Below are positions 45,549-55,042 of a DNA stretch of 64,000 nt, one piece after another. Position numbers and translations under genes: made by a program. The DNA comes from Escherichia phage dw-ec. The notes beneath the pieces are model-generated. The model worked only from the letters and a program-made list of their open reading frames with translations, was not told the DNA's origin and searched no databases. The DNA lies in the sequence record OL739525.1; one strand, 5' to 3'. Position 1 is the first letter of the stretch. Each line of letters starts with the position of its first letter.

Positions 45549-46274
45549 TTACTTGTTAATAATACCTGCAATATTAGGTTTGACAAAGGTCGATGGTTTC
45601 ATGATCTTACCTTTATCATCAAAGAACACATACACTTTCTGTTTTTCATTATAAACAGCATGAACACCAGTGTATGCCCCTTCTGGACGATTGGCATTTC
45701 GTTCTTCAATTGCAGCGCATTCTTGTGCAATGGCTGAATCGATATCCGAAGTTTTCCAAGTTTTCAGCAACTGTTGTTTAGTTGGATACTTGGAATCATT
45801 ACTTTTCAATACCTCTTTAATAACTTTCTTTTCTGGATATTTTGAACGGATTAGAGTGTCACGAGACATACGCATAATACCAGCAGCCATTAGTGCCATT
45901 TGAACTGGCTCTGTAAATGTTTGTTCCAAAGCATCAAAATCAGTATACACAGTTGGAGTAAAAACATCGCCTACAGCATAGTCCAAGAAATTCATCGTAT
46001 GTTCTTCACCAAAGAACATGTAAGTCAGATAACTGGATACTACAAAAATATCTGCTGCTGCATCCAAGAGTTCTACATGATCGTTTACTTTCGCGGCTGT
46101 TTCATACTCTTTAAGCTCTTCACGAACGAACCCGATTTGGGACATAAATAGCTCTTGAGTGAATTCAGGTTGTTCACCACCTCGTGCTTTGGCATTCCAA
46201 TCAATCACGTGCTTTGCTGCATTTTTGAAAAATTCAGTATCGAATTTAATATCTTTAAAAAAATTCTCGATCAT
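45549..46274 (-). CDS. MazG-like nucleotide pyrophosphohydrolase domain protein
   Basis: EELKEYETAAKVNDHVELLDAAADI fits the E-x2-E ... E-x2-D all-alpha NTP-PPase motif. Confidence 0.45.
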   Translation of the reverse strand: MIENFFKDIKFDTEFFKNAAKHVIDWNAKARGGEQPEFTQELFMSQIGFVREELKEYETAAKVNDHVELLDAAADIFVVSSYLTYMFFGEEHTMNFLDYAVGDVFTPTVYTDFDALEQTFTEPVQMALMAAGIMRMSRDTLIRSKYPEKKVIKEVLKSNDSKYPTKQQLLKTWKTSDIDSAIAQECAAIEERNANRPEGAYTGVHAVYNEKQKVYVFFDDKGKIMKPSTFVKPNIAGIINK

Positions 46275-46283
46275 TATAACTCC

Positions 46284-46544
46284 TTATTTAAAATAGCTTT
46301 CTAGAAAGTTGCTAATATTTACTACAGTCTCACCCATGTAAATTCCTGCGAAACCGAAAACAAGCATACGTGGAATATTGAAATACCATTTATCCGCCGG
46401 AAAAGATGCCAGAATTACAATAGCAATTGCTATCAACATCATAAGAATTGTTGCTAAAATTATCATAAAAATGCCTCCAGGTATTTTGCACAATGGTAAG
46501 CTAAGAAACAAGAAACTACCGCATACCCAACTCCAGACATACAT
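46284..46544 (-). CDS. hypothetical membrane protein
   Basis: two hydrophobic helices. Confidence 0.45.
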   Translation of the reverse strand: MYVWSWVCGSFLFLSLPLCKIPGGIFMIILATILMMLIAIAIVILASFPADKWYFNIPRMLVFGFAGIYMGETVVNISNFLESYFK

Positions 46545-46657
46545 GAATCAATCGCAATACATACGGTTCTTTTCTTTGAATTCTTAGGAAAGCTTTCCGA
46601 AGCATTCATACAATAAAAAGAAAGCACACTGAAAACGATTAAAATGGCTAAGAACAT
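46463..46657 (-). CDS. hypothetical small membrane protein
   Basis: hydrophobic N-terminus; overlaps neighbour. Confidence 0.3.
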   Translation of the reverse strand: MFLAILIVFSVLSFYCMNASESFPKNSKKRTVCIAIDSCMSGVGYAVVSCFLAYHCAKYLEAFL

Positions 46658-46666
46658 TTTTCCTCC

Positions 46667-47794
46667 TTATTCTGCTGGTTCCCAAGTGCCTGGGATCATT
46701 TCTCGAATACGAACACCAACAGGTTTTGTTGGAATACCTTCATCTGAAAATTCTTCATACTCTATTTCAACGAACTGATTAATCAAGGTAGAAGCATTCT
46801 CTGCTTTACGATAATTGATAGTCTCATGAGCATCTTTACGCATTAAGAATTCGACTACTTTACCATTTTCCATCTCACCTGTCAACACTCCATCACCATT
46901 TTTATCACTTTTTGAATTTGTTACTTTAACTTCAAGGGTGTGGCGAGGCTTACGTTTAATAACGTCATAAGAACGTTTATCAAATTCGTAAACTCCGTGA
47001 GCATTACGATATACTACACCTTCAGCTTTCTCAAGTAAAGCTTTTTCATAGAAAGCATCAAACTGTTCTTGGTTTTCAATATACTCTGTATGAACTACAC
47101 AAATAAGCTCGTCAAGACCATAATCTTCAACTACTGCCTTAAGAGCAGTAAGAACATCAACACGTTTTTCAAACGGTAGATCTGGAACTGGAATATCGTA
47201 TACGTAATAATTCAGCAAAGGTGTATTTGCATTATGCTTCTTCCAGGCACTGTTAATTTGTTGCAGACTAAGGACACCTAACCCAGCAAACACTTCACCA
47301 TCAAGAGGATGACCAACAACTTCACTAATAAAGTTTGGAATACCTTTCCAATGAGGTGGCAGGTTATACACTTCCCCAGCTTTTGATAAACACTCCCCTT
47401 TCATGTTAATCATAGAACGTAACCCGTTCAGTTTGTATTGTGCATAACCAGGGAACACAACCCTTTCAGGATAATCTTTATAATCCTGGCATTTCATTGG
47501 TGTAGAAGGAACATGGTTTTCAGCTTCTTCTTTTGTTTTATAATAGCCATTCTTTAACTGTTTTGTCCATTTGGCAAAAGCTTCAAGTTCAGCTTGTTCT
47601 TCTGGTGTTGTTTCATTGGAACGACCGATGTTTTTTGCTTCTGCTGTATAAGATTTTTCTGTGATTTTTCCACCTACCCTTCCATGAGCTACAGTAACAA
47701 CTGCACCATCTGTATACACTGTCCACTGTTTAAGTTTTCCTTTTGAATCTTTACCATACAGCGTTTGATTTGTTTGTTGCATTAGTCCTCCCAT
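46667..47794 (-). CDS. ATP-dependent polynucleotide ligase (covalent nucleotidyltransferase superfamily)
   Basis: motif I KLNGLR, motif III LDGEVF, motif IV-V AEGVVYR, KRK; unusual N-terminal domain. Confidence 0.55.
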   Translation of the reverse strand: MGGLMQQTNQTLYGKDSKGKLKQWTVYTDGAVVTVAHGRVGGKITEKSYTAEAKNIGRSNETTPEEQAELEAFAKWTKQLKNGYYKTKEEAENHVPSTPMKCQDYKDYPERVVFPGYAQYKLNGLRSMINMKGECLSKAGEVYNLPPHWKGIPNFISEVVGHPLDGEVFAGLGVLSLQQINSAWKKHNANTPLLNYYVYDIPVPDLPFEKRVDVLTALKAVVEDYGLDELICVVHTEYIENQEQFDAFYEKALLEKAEGVVYRNAHGVYEFDKRSYDVIKRKPRHTLEVKVTNSKSDKNGDGVLTGEMENGKVVEFLMRKDAHETINYRKAENASTLINQFVEIEYEEFSDEGIPTKPVGVRIREMIPGTWEPAE

Positions 47795-48003
47795 TTAAAA
47801 ACTGAAATTTTCAATCTGTTACACACTTCATCCAAATCTGCGTCGAGTAACGTTGTGGATGTTGCCAACATATAATCAATGCTTGTGAAACCTTGCCCTT
47901 TGGCATAGTCAAGCATATCTTCATACATATCTTCAAGATCACCGTCATCAAAAGTAGCTAGAAAATCCTCGTCCCCGCTACGAACATAAAATGCAGTACT
48001 CAT
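47782..48003 (-). CDS. hypothetical acidic protein
   Basis: ORF, 73 aa. Confidence 0.4.
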   Translation of the reverse strand: MSTAFYVRSGDEDFLATFDDGDLEDMYEDMLDYAKGQGFTSIDYMLATSTTLLDADLDEVCNRLKISVFKWED

Positions 48004-48191
48004 TCATCTTCATCCCAAGATTCAAAAACGCAGCAATCATCGGTTTCTATAATACCAACACGTCCGCAGGTATTGCAAGTGATTTTATCACCGTAGAATA
48101 AATAATTTTTATCACCCTCTGTGTTTACAGTTATGTCATTACTACCACAAGGGCAAGTCAGCCAACCAACAACAACGATATCTTTTTTCAT
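48000..48191 (-). CDS. hypothetical zinc-ribbon protein
   Basis: CPCG ... CNTCG cysteine pairs. Confidence 0.4.
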   Translation of the reverse strand: MKKDIVVVGWLTCPCGSNDITVNTEGDKNYLFYGDKITCNTCGRVGIIETDDCCVFESWDEDE

Positions 48192-48200
48192 AATCCCTCC

Positions 48201-48527
48201 TTAAGCGTTCAGTTCGTTGTTGAGTTCGTAAATCTCTTCTTGAAGAGCATCAATCTCTTCCTCCAAACGGGAGATCTCTTCTTTTAGATATACCGTTTCT
48301 GATTCTTTCTCTTCTAATTCATTTTCAAATTTTACTTTATTCGCCTCATTTTCATAATGCAGTTCAGCGTAATCATCACGCATTTGTTCAATAAGATGAA
48401 TCAGAGATAAGATATAGTTATCCCCAGTTTCATCTCGCCACTCTTCCCCGTGGCGCAAGATTGTGATTCGTCCCGTGTTTTCATCTAAAATTGTCTCATA
48501 TTTACGATCATCTGTATAAATCTGCAT
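48201..48527 (-). CDS. hypothetical coiled-coil protein
   Basis: ORF, 108 aa, heptad-rich C-terminus. Confidence 0.45.
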   Translation of the reverse strand: MQIYTDDRKYETILDENTGRITILRHGEEWRDETGDNYILSLIHLIEQMRDDYAELHYENEANKVKFENELEEKESETVYLKEEISRLEEEIDALQEEIYELNNELNA

Positions 48528-48536
48528 TATTACTCC

Positions 48537-48941
48537 TTATTGAAGTTTAAGTGAACCACGAAGACGTTTCTCTTGCTGATCACGAATATATTGTGGAACC
48601 TCGTGAATTGAATCATTACCGTGCCTATTTTCAACAACTAAAGAGATAACTTGATAACCAAACTCTTCAGCAAGAGTTAGATAAGGTTTAAGTTCTTTCT
48701 CTGTGGTTGAAGTGTTAGAAACAATAATCTTGTTAAGATTAGATGCCATAGCATCACGAACAATACTCTGACACCATGCGTGTGCTTTACCTACATTTTC
48801 TGGCTTCCAATCGTAAACACCACTTTCTGTATAATGATATTGATCTGCCTCACAGATAGGCCAATAACCTTCAGAAATAATTTCTGCTACCGTAGATTTA
48901 CCAGCACCTGAAACGCCACGTAAAATGATAAGTTGTTTCAT
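48537..48941 (-). CDS. P-loop polynucleotide kinase-like protein
   Basis: Walker A GVSGAGKST; N-terminus resembles the kinase domain of T4 polynucleotide kinase. Confidence 0.55.
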   Translation of the reverse strand: MKQLIILRGVSGAGKSTVAEIISEGYWPICEADQYHYTESGVYDWKPENVGKAHAWCQSIVRDAMASNLNKIIVSNTSTTEKELKPYLTLAEEFGYQVISLVVENRHGNDSIHEVPQYIRDQQEKRLRGSLKLQ

Positions 48942-49874
48942 TTATCCTCCAAAGAAGTTTTCGATTTTTTCACGTCGCTCTTGCTGATTTAAAGCAGCCC
49001 ATTGAGTCTTCGTAAAATTATTTCGAATCCATTCTAACAAAGCGTAATATTCTTCGTCAACAATTTGTTTGGCATTTTTTGGATTATCCCAAATCAGATC
49101 CCACTTTTTATCTCCACCACGCATAAGAAACTTCTTAGTAAGATAGTGTGGTGATTTAATTTTTAAAAGTAAGTTGAACGGATAGTTTGTTTCACGAACT
49201 ACAAACCCTTCGTGTTTACAATGTTTAGACATTTCAACAACATCTGAAAACTTAACCATTGGATGAACTTCAGGACGCTTAAATTTGGTGACAGAAGCAA
49301 TTCCATCAAGAGCACCTTCAGGTAACATAAAACTTGTCCCATCAGGATTTTGAATTCTGGCACCAATTAAGTATGCACCTGGTTCTTCTTCGACAATATG
49401 TGGATCAGAAGGATCACAGATTTCAAACAGGAAAGTTGCTTTTGCACTCTCTGCCCATTTGATGAAATGTTCTATGTCATCGCACTCTGAAACAATATGA
49501 TTCTTTGCAATACTTGCAAAATCTGATTCAAGGCTTCCTGTTGTCGATACAATAAGTTGACCTTTATATACACCTACAGAGGCCATAAAACCATTTACTT
49601 TACGAACCACATCTACAAGTTCATCCGCTGGTAGATCTGTGCCATTCTCAAAACGATTAAAAATCTTAGTGAAAGGCCAAATAACAACATTGTCATCAGC
49701 ATCAACAACGATTCCGCGACATTCTAGAAGACGAGAATCAATGCTCCATAAATTATCCCAGAAAACTTTGTTCTTATACTTAAGAACAGATAGACCAGAA
49801 TACTCTCCTTCTTTATATGTTTTCTTATGAACTAAACCTTTTTCAACCAAATCGTCGCAATTAAATTTAGTCAC
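48942..49874 (-). CDS. RNA ligase (Rnl1 family, T4 gp63-like)
   Basis: LLECRGIVV and FNRFEN match T4 Rnl1 ALECRGIMF and EKFFNLNEN; motif I KVNG, motif IV EGFVVRE, motif V KIKSPHY. Confidence 0.65.
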   Translation of the reverse strand: MTKFNCDDLVEKGLVHKKTYKEGEYSGLSVLKYKNKVFWDNLWSIDSRLLECRGIVVDADDNVVIWPFTKIFNRFENGTDLPADELVDVVRKVNGFMASVGVYKGQLIVSTTGSLESDFASIAKNHIVSECDDIEHFIKWAESAKATFLFEICDPSDPHIVEEEPGAYLIGARIQNPDGTSFMLPEGALDGIASVTKFKRPEVHPMVKFSDVVEMSKHCKHEGFVVRETNYPFNLLLKIKSPHYLTKKFLMRGGDKKWDLIWDNPKNAKQIVDEEYYALLEWIRNNFTKTQWAALNQQERREKIENFFGG

Positions 49875-49875
49875 A

Positions 49876-50427
49876 TTACTCTCCTTTGATTATTTTGTGA
49901 TGGTCTACAGTCACGATATCTCGTTTACTCATCATAGAAATTATCTCATCAAAATGCAAGATTTTTCCGTGTGCATCCCAACCCACATCTAACATTTTAC
50001 CATAAGCTTCATCAGGGAAAGATCCGTGGGAATGCCCGTGTAGCATGATTGATCCACGACCTTGTTTATTCCAGGAGGCAATAGGGTAATGACTTAAGAC
50101 GAAGAACAGCTTCTGGTATTTCACTTCGTCATAATACACCACTTCGCCATACTCTGCAAGCACTTCTCGGTGCTTGCTGTAATCATGATTCCCAACAAGA
50201 TAAGTGATATCCCCTTGCAGACGGGAAGCAATCTTACGGGTATCTTCTTCAGTCCCGAAACAGAAGTCGCCCAAATGCCACATCTTAACACCAGGGGTAG
50301 TAGCACATTTGTTCCATGCTTCGATCAAGGCTTCTGTCATGTGGTCCATATCTTCCCACGGACGATATTCAGGAGCAAACTCTCGAATGCGTTTATGCAT
50401 AAAATGCAAATCGCTTGTAATAAACAT
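49876..50427 (-). CDS. calcineurin-like metallophosphoesterase
   Basis: SDLHFMH, LGDFCFG, GNHD, HGHSH motifs. Confidence 0.65.
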   Translation of the reverse strand: MFITSDLHFMHKRIREFAPEYRPWEDMDHMTEALIEAWNKCATTPGVKMWHLGDFCFGTEEDTRKIASRLQGDITYLVGNHDYSKHREVLAEYGEVVYYDEVKYQKLFFVLSHYPIASWNKQGRGSIMLHGHSHGSFPDEAYGKMLDVGWDAHGKILHFDEIISMMSKRDIVTVDHHKIIKGE

Positions 50428-50783
50428 TAGTATAATCCCTCGCTAAATAATTCATGGTCGTGACCATTACGCTCATGGTCGATCTGGTCAGCATTTTCCG
50501 CGATGATGTAAGCATCCGCACGACTCCACCAATTGTAATACTGATCGATAAAGCCTTGATTATCTGGTGTGCACAAAGTTTTGTTGATTACACCTGCTTC
50601 TTTCAACACGTTTAACTGTGCATATAGTACAGGATTTGCATGTCGAACACAAGGAATAATTAACTCTTCGCCATTATTCAAAATATACTTATTTGCAGCA
50701 CAGACAATAACACGTTGCGCATAATGACCCTCACCCATCCAGGTAAGAGGTTGGTAACAAATGTTGTTTTCAATACCACTCAT
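50427..50783 (-). CDS. hypothetical protein
   Basis: ORF, 118 aa. Confidence 0.45.
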   Translation of the reverse strand: MSGIENNICYQPLTWMGEGHYAQRVIVCAANKYILNNGEELIIPCVRHANPVLYAQLNVLKEAGVINKTLCTPDNQGFIDQYYNWWSRADAYIIAENADQIDHERNGHDHELFSEGLY

Positions 50784-50942
50784 TGTTTCCTAATCCTCCT
50801 CTCTTAAATTATCCTCGAAAAAACTAGTATCTGGAAGTAAAAGATCATTGCTTGTGTCGGGCGAATCCTCTTCTTCTCTGTAGATAAAGTAACCTTCGTC
50901 CTCTTCTTGTTCCGACCAAACCGAATGATGCATGTTCTCTCC

Positions 50943-51299
50943 TTAGTAGTGCACACGAATCATTTTAATACCATAACGCTGCATGGATTCTTTTGCAAGC
51001 ATGAATTTATCCCCAGCGGCGGGATTAGAAGTATGCACGAAAATGGTAGGTGAACCAAAGCAAGGTTTACCAAACGCCAGAAGTTCTTCCAGGTGCAGGA
51101 AAACATCATACCCATCTTGGTCTGACTCCATACCTAAATCGTTGTCAAAATGCCACTCGTCTACAAAACGATAACCCTTCTGCACCTCATTCATGTAACG
51201 AGAGGCAAGAAGTTCCTGTGAGGTTTTAAACCAGATTGCATCTGGACAACCATAATCTTTTGGATCACGTAAATCATCAAGCCAAATAATAGTACCCAT
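50943..51299 (-). CDS. hypothetical protein
   Basis: ORF, 118 aa. Confidence 0.45.
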   Translation of the reverse strand: MGTIIWLDDLRDPKDYGCPDAIWFKTSQELLASRYMNEVQKGYRFVDEWHFDNDLGMESDQDGYDVFLHLEELLAFGKPCFGSPTIFVHTSNPAAGDKFMLAKESMQRYGIKMIRVHY

Positions 51300-51309
51300 A
51301 TAACCTCCT

Positions 51310-51780
51310 CTAAGCTGGCATGATTAAAAAAGAACTCTCCACTTCAAAATGCCAATCATCCACAAGCCCTGATTCCCAATCCTTCTCTTCATGGAAAGAG
51401 CAAATCCAACGGTACATACCTGGCGGTGTATTCTCAACATCTTCTGGCAACCCATAATCCAAAGCTGTCTTACCGTTCTCTGTAAAACCAGGATGGAGAT
51501 TAGGAGCTTTCAGTACAGAAACCATACCTCCAACATCCACAGCTACGATCCACTCTGTCATGTATGGGCTGTCATATTGAGGCTCATCAGAACCTACCTC
51601 AACAGCCTCTGTGCGTAAGATGATAATAGCCTGCTCTGTGATTGGGGCTTTGACAATATACCCGTGATCCTCAAAAAGATCGATAACCTCGAACTCATCG
51701 CCGTTTTCGACACCATAACTCTTATTCAAAGAGATAAACTTCGGGTTATCATCATAAGCTTTAGTTACTTTAATTCTCAT
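51310..51780 (-). CDS. hypothetical protein
   Basis: ORF, 156 aa. Confidence 0.45.
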   Translation of the reverse strand: MRIKVTKAYDDNPKFISLNKSYGVENGDEFEVIDLFEDHGYIVKAPITEQAIIILRTEAVEVGSDEPQYDSPYMTEWIVAVDVGGMVSVLKAPNLHPGFTENGKTALDYGLPEDVENTPPGMYRWICSFHEEKDWESGLVDDWHFEVESSFLIMPA

Positions 51781-52001
51781 TTTTCCTCCTTCACTTTAAC
51801 CTCAAATTCTACAGGCTTACCCTCAATGTAAAAACACTGATACTCTGCCTTATCATCCTCATCATGAGGCCAAGTTACCAAGGAGTTATAGCAATCTTCT
51901 GGTGCTTTGAAGATGGTTTTAGTCTCCACAGTAACATTCCCATTAAGTGTTGCCAATACCACCCACCCAGCTACATGGATCATAGTGCCTCCACTTTCCA
52001 C
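51777..52001 (-). CDS. hypothetical protein
   Basis: ORF, 74 aa. Confidence 0.4.
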   Translation of the reverse strand: MESGGTMIHVAGWVVLATLNGNVTVETKTIFKAPEDCYNSLVTWPHDEDDKAEYQCFYIEGKPVEFEVKVKEEK

Positions 52002-52162
52002 GTTTTACCCTTATCAACCAAGGTCTTTGCTACAGCATACTCCTTCCCATTAACAAGGAAATAATAAACGATAAAAGATTTCCCGATTGTTACTGTCTTA
52101 GTAACCTCTACACGTTTAACACCTTGCATGTATTTTGCCTTACCGGAATAGAGTAGAATCAT
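51980..52162 (-). CDS. hypothetical protein
   Basis: ORF, 60 aa. Confidence 0.35.
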   Translation of the reverse strand: MILLYSGKAKYMQGVKRVEVTKTVTIGKSFIVYYFLVNGKEYAVAKTLVDKGKTWKVEAL

Positions 52163-52440
52163 TTTGCATTCCTCTTGTTGTTGATAACATCCATAGCAGT
52201 ATATGGTTTATTAGTGCCATGATACTCCAGAATCATTGGAGAGCCTTCTTGCACTACTTCAAAGATACCATAAACAGAACTTTCAGCAAATACCATTTGC
52301 TTCGTTCCTTCATCATTTACAACAAGAGAAAACTTCTTGCCTGTTCCGTTGAGGATCTCGTATTTCTTGCCAGCAGTGAATAATCCAGAGTACCACTCAT
52401 TATCTGTTGCTTTTACACACTTCAGAAAAGTCTTGATCAT
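52159..52440 (-). CDS. hypothetical protein
   Basis: ORF, 93 aa. Confidence 0.4.
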   Translation of the reverse strand: MIKTFLKCVKATDNEWYSGLFTAGKKYEILNGTGKKFSLVVNDEGTKQMVFAESSVYGIFEVVQEGSPMILEYHGTNKPYTAMDVINNKRNAK

Positions 52441-52790
52441 TTCTTTTTGCTCCTCTTTTTAGATTTCTCATACAAACCTAACACAGCCGCTTCTTTTGCA
52501 CAAGTAGGAACTGAAGTCATTCCTCTTCTTTTTGCTTCTGGTAGTTGCAAAGTCCATATTCCCCACCAATAAATTTGGTCTGCCGTGAGTGGTTCAGCCA
52601 TTGGATCTGCCTCCTGCTCCTCAAGACGTTGCAACGCTTCTTCAATCTTCTCGATTGGTGTGTCAAAGACGAATGCCTCCGTATCAAATTTATCTTTCTT
52701 AGGAACTGATTTGGCTACTTTGAGAACCTCGTTTTTCGGTTTCTTAGTAACGTTCTTTGGCTTTGATAACTTCTTCGGTGTTTTCGCCAC
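52437..52790 (-). CDS. hypothetical protein with Lys-rich N-terminus (possible nucleic-acid binding)
   Basis: N-terminal KTPKKLSKPKNVTKKPKN. Confidence 0.4.
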   Translation of the reverse strand: MAKTPKKLSKPKNVTKKPKNEVLKVAKSVPKKDKFDTEAFVFDTPIEKIEEALQRLEEQEADPMAEPLTADQIYWWGIWTLQLPEAKRRGMTSVPTCAKEAAVLGLYEKSKKRSKKK

Positions 52791-52983
52791 TTACTACCTC
52801 CATACGATCTAAAAAGTCATTCACAAATCTCCAGTAACGTTGACCTGTTCTAAGATCTTCATAGATAACCACAGGATCAAACACTTTAGATATTCCGGCA
52901 GGTTTTGGAAATTCCACTACCGTATATAAACCACCTTTTGCTACACAAGAATAGGTTACGCCTGTAATTGGATAGTTGCTCAT
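52744..52983 (-). CDS. hypothetical protein
   Basis: ORF, 79 aa. Confidence 0.4.
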   Translation of the reverse strand: MSNYPITGVTYSCVAKGGLYTVVEFPKPAGISKVFDPVVIYEDLRTGQRYWRFVNDFLDRMEVVSGENTEEVIKAKERY

Positions 52984-53174
52984 TTCTTTACGTACTCCAT
53001 GATTGGGGTATGGTCGCCAGTAAGCGTAACACGGCTGTAGGACACATCTTGTGTCTTCAGTGTATCAATCCACTCTAAGAAGTGTTCTTTCGCTTCTGTG
53101 TAGTTCTGTGTGCCTTTAACAACGTGTATACCATCTAGAGTTACACGGAATACCATTTGAATAACGTCTTTCAT
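52980..53174 (-). CDS. hypothetical protein
   Basis: ORF, 64 aa. Confidence 0.4.
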   Translation of the reverse strand: MKDVIQMVFRVTLDGIHVVKGTQNYTEAKEHFLEWIDTLKTQDVSYSRVTLTGDHTPIMEYVKK

Positions 53175-53270
53175 TTCTTACCTCCTTTGTTGTCAAAATA
53201 ACTTACCAGAACATCGTGAACCACACACATGGCAAAAATCAGAACAATTGTTGTCAGGACTGGATTCTCA

Positions 53271-53594
53271 CTAATTAGTGCTATCATCTTCAACCACCTC
53301 CAATTGCCTTTCGAGTTTGACTTTGTTTGAGAACTGATAATGACACAACTTACATTGCATGTCAACAATCTGATCGTGATTTAACCCTACAATTTTAACT
53401 TCCTTTGCACCATCCCATTCCAAATACTCAAAGCCATCCAAATGATTACTCTTGTCCAACAAGAATGCTATCTGCTGCCATTCAATCTGAATGTCATTTA
53501 AATGATATGCTGCACAGAAGATATCCTCGTAGTAAAAGACGATCATTGTCATTGCTTCGTCCAGCACAACTACCTCTTGTCTTGTAAATCTCAT
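53271..53594 (-). CDS. hypothetical protein (first gene of minus block)
   Basis: RBS ttaggagg before ATG at 53594. Confidence 0.5.
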   Translation of the reverse strand: MRFTRQEVVVLDEAMTMIVFYYEDIFCAAYHLNDIQIEWQQIAFLLDKSNHLDGFEYLEWDGAKEVKIVGLNHDQIVDMQCKLCHYQFSNKVKLERQLEVVEDDSTN

Positions 53595-54064
53595 TCTAGC
53601 CTCCTAAACGCGTCTCTGACGCACTTTTTATATATAAGATGATAAATCACCTTACCTAGTAAGTGAACTTGCTCTACGAGCCTCTTATGAAGCTTATGTT
53701 ATAGGCTATACTATTGCTACCTGTTTAAGCAAGGTTTTTGCACACAGAAAATAATTTTTAATTAAACTCTTGACTTTTGTGTTCGAAGTATGCTACCCTA
53801 GAAATCTATTAACGAGCGCAGCGAGTTAAGGTTTTAGGTTGTTGATGTAGTACTCTGTACTCCGTACTAGATTAATAATTATTAAATATTAATAATAAAT
53901 AATTATTAGATCTAACAAACAGGTACAGTGTATCAGAACTGGTACGTACAGATCAACTTCTATCAATTAAAAAAATAAAATAATAAATTATTATAAATAA
54001 TACTTGATCTATAGATCAGTATGAAGTACAGTACGTAACATCTTAACAAGAATGGAGGTGTGCA
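53595..54064. promoter_or_regulatory. AT-rich divergent control region with palindromes and clustered GTAC motifs
   Basis: separates the divergent gene blocks; palindromes ttaataattattaa (53871-53885) and gatctatagatc (54006-54017); nine GTAC within about 190 bp. Confidence 0.5.
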
Positions 54065-54250
54065 ATGATTAGTGAGAATCCGTGCAAATGGCATCATGTG
54101 CCTATTAAAGATTGTATGTCTTGTAATCCACGTTCTATTTATAACATTGCATCTTATGATGATGACAATGTGTTAGACGATGATGAAGGCTGGGAGGATT
54201 TGGATTGGACTGGTTATGAAACCAAAAAGGATAAAATTATTCCTAGTTGA
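54065..54250 (+). CDS. hypothetical protein
   Basis: RBS aatggaggtgtgcaATG. Confidence 0.45.
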   Translation: MISENPCKWHHVPIKDCMSCNPRSIYNIASYDDDNVLDDDEGWEDLDWTGYETKKDKIIPS

Positions 54251-54287
54251 CTTAAGATATCCTTCGTGCTAAACTAGAAGTGAGGAG

Positions 54288-54539
54288 ATGCCGATCACTC
54301 CCCATTTGGGGTTCGAAGGATATATGCAAAATAGCTTTTATTTTAGGTGCCGTGCTTGTAATAGGCATTTGACAAACCACTCCAGACGTGATAAAAATGG
54401 AGTCATCAAGGAATCAGACCTCTGTTCTATTTGCACAGGTTTGGCTTTTGATGATAGTCCCGAAAGGGTTTATCAGCATCAATGTATAACAGACGTTCTC
54501 GTGTCAAACTTGGTAGAGGACGAACAACTAACAGATTAG
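54288..54539 (+). CDS. hypothetical zinc-finger-like protein
   Basis: CRACNRH ... CSIC cysteine pairs. Confidence 0.4.
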   Translation: MPITPHLGFEGYMQNSFYFRCRACNRHLTNHSRRDKNGVIKESDLCSICTGLAFDDSPERVYQHQCITDVLVSNLVEDEQLTD

Positions 54540-54547
54540 GAGGAACA

Positions 54548-54796
54548 ATGTCTCTATTAGAAAAACACGTGTTTGAAGATGGTAACGGCAATGCAGTTTT
54601 TCTTTTCCATCCAGAAAAATACACATCTGAAAACAATGGTACAACTTCTATTGTAATCACTAAAGATGTTAAAGTTATTGATTTCTTGGCTCTGATGCGA
54701 GAGATGGATCTTGAAATTAATACTTTTAACGCAGAAGCTTTGGTTGTTGCTCTTCTGGAAAAGAAAGATAGTGAAGAAGTAGCAGAATATGCTTAA
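54548..54796 (+). CDS. hypothetical protein
   Basis: ATG at 54548 after RBS ttaggagg; in frame with track ORF 54482..54796. Confidence 0.45.
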   Translation: MSLLEKHVFEDGNGNAVFLFHPEKYTSENNGTTSIVITKDVKVIDFLALMREMDLEINTFNAEALVVALLEKKDSEEVAEYA

Positions 54797-54803
54797 ATAA
54801 CTA

Positions 54804-54833
54804 TTGACAAACGTATCCTTCATATGTTAGGAT
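54804..54833 (+). promoter_or_regulatory. sigma70-like promoter driving the tRNA cluster
   Basis: TTGACA at 54804-54809, TAGGAT 18 bp downstream. Confidence 0.5.
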
Positions 54834-55042
54834 ACGTTCATCAAGTGTGGTAACAGGGTCGTTGACTTTTGTTAAGAGGGGCTTGCACTGCGGTAGTGTT
54901 AGAGACTACTTCTTCAGAGGTTAGCTACCAAAGAGGAAAAGGAATAGTCTCGGCTCAAGAACTTTTACGCTGAAAGTTGGGCTTGGTCTTAGAGAATGTA
55001 GCGGTTCTCTACAATCGTCAGCGTCTCTGTTACCACATTTAT

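Noticed and set aside
53600-54060. CRISPR array or other regular repeat array in the AT-rich region
   Set aside because: Repeats are short palindromes and GTAC motifs with irregular spacing; no repeat-spacer periodicity.
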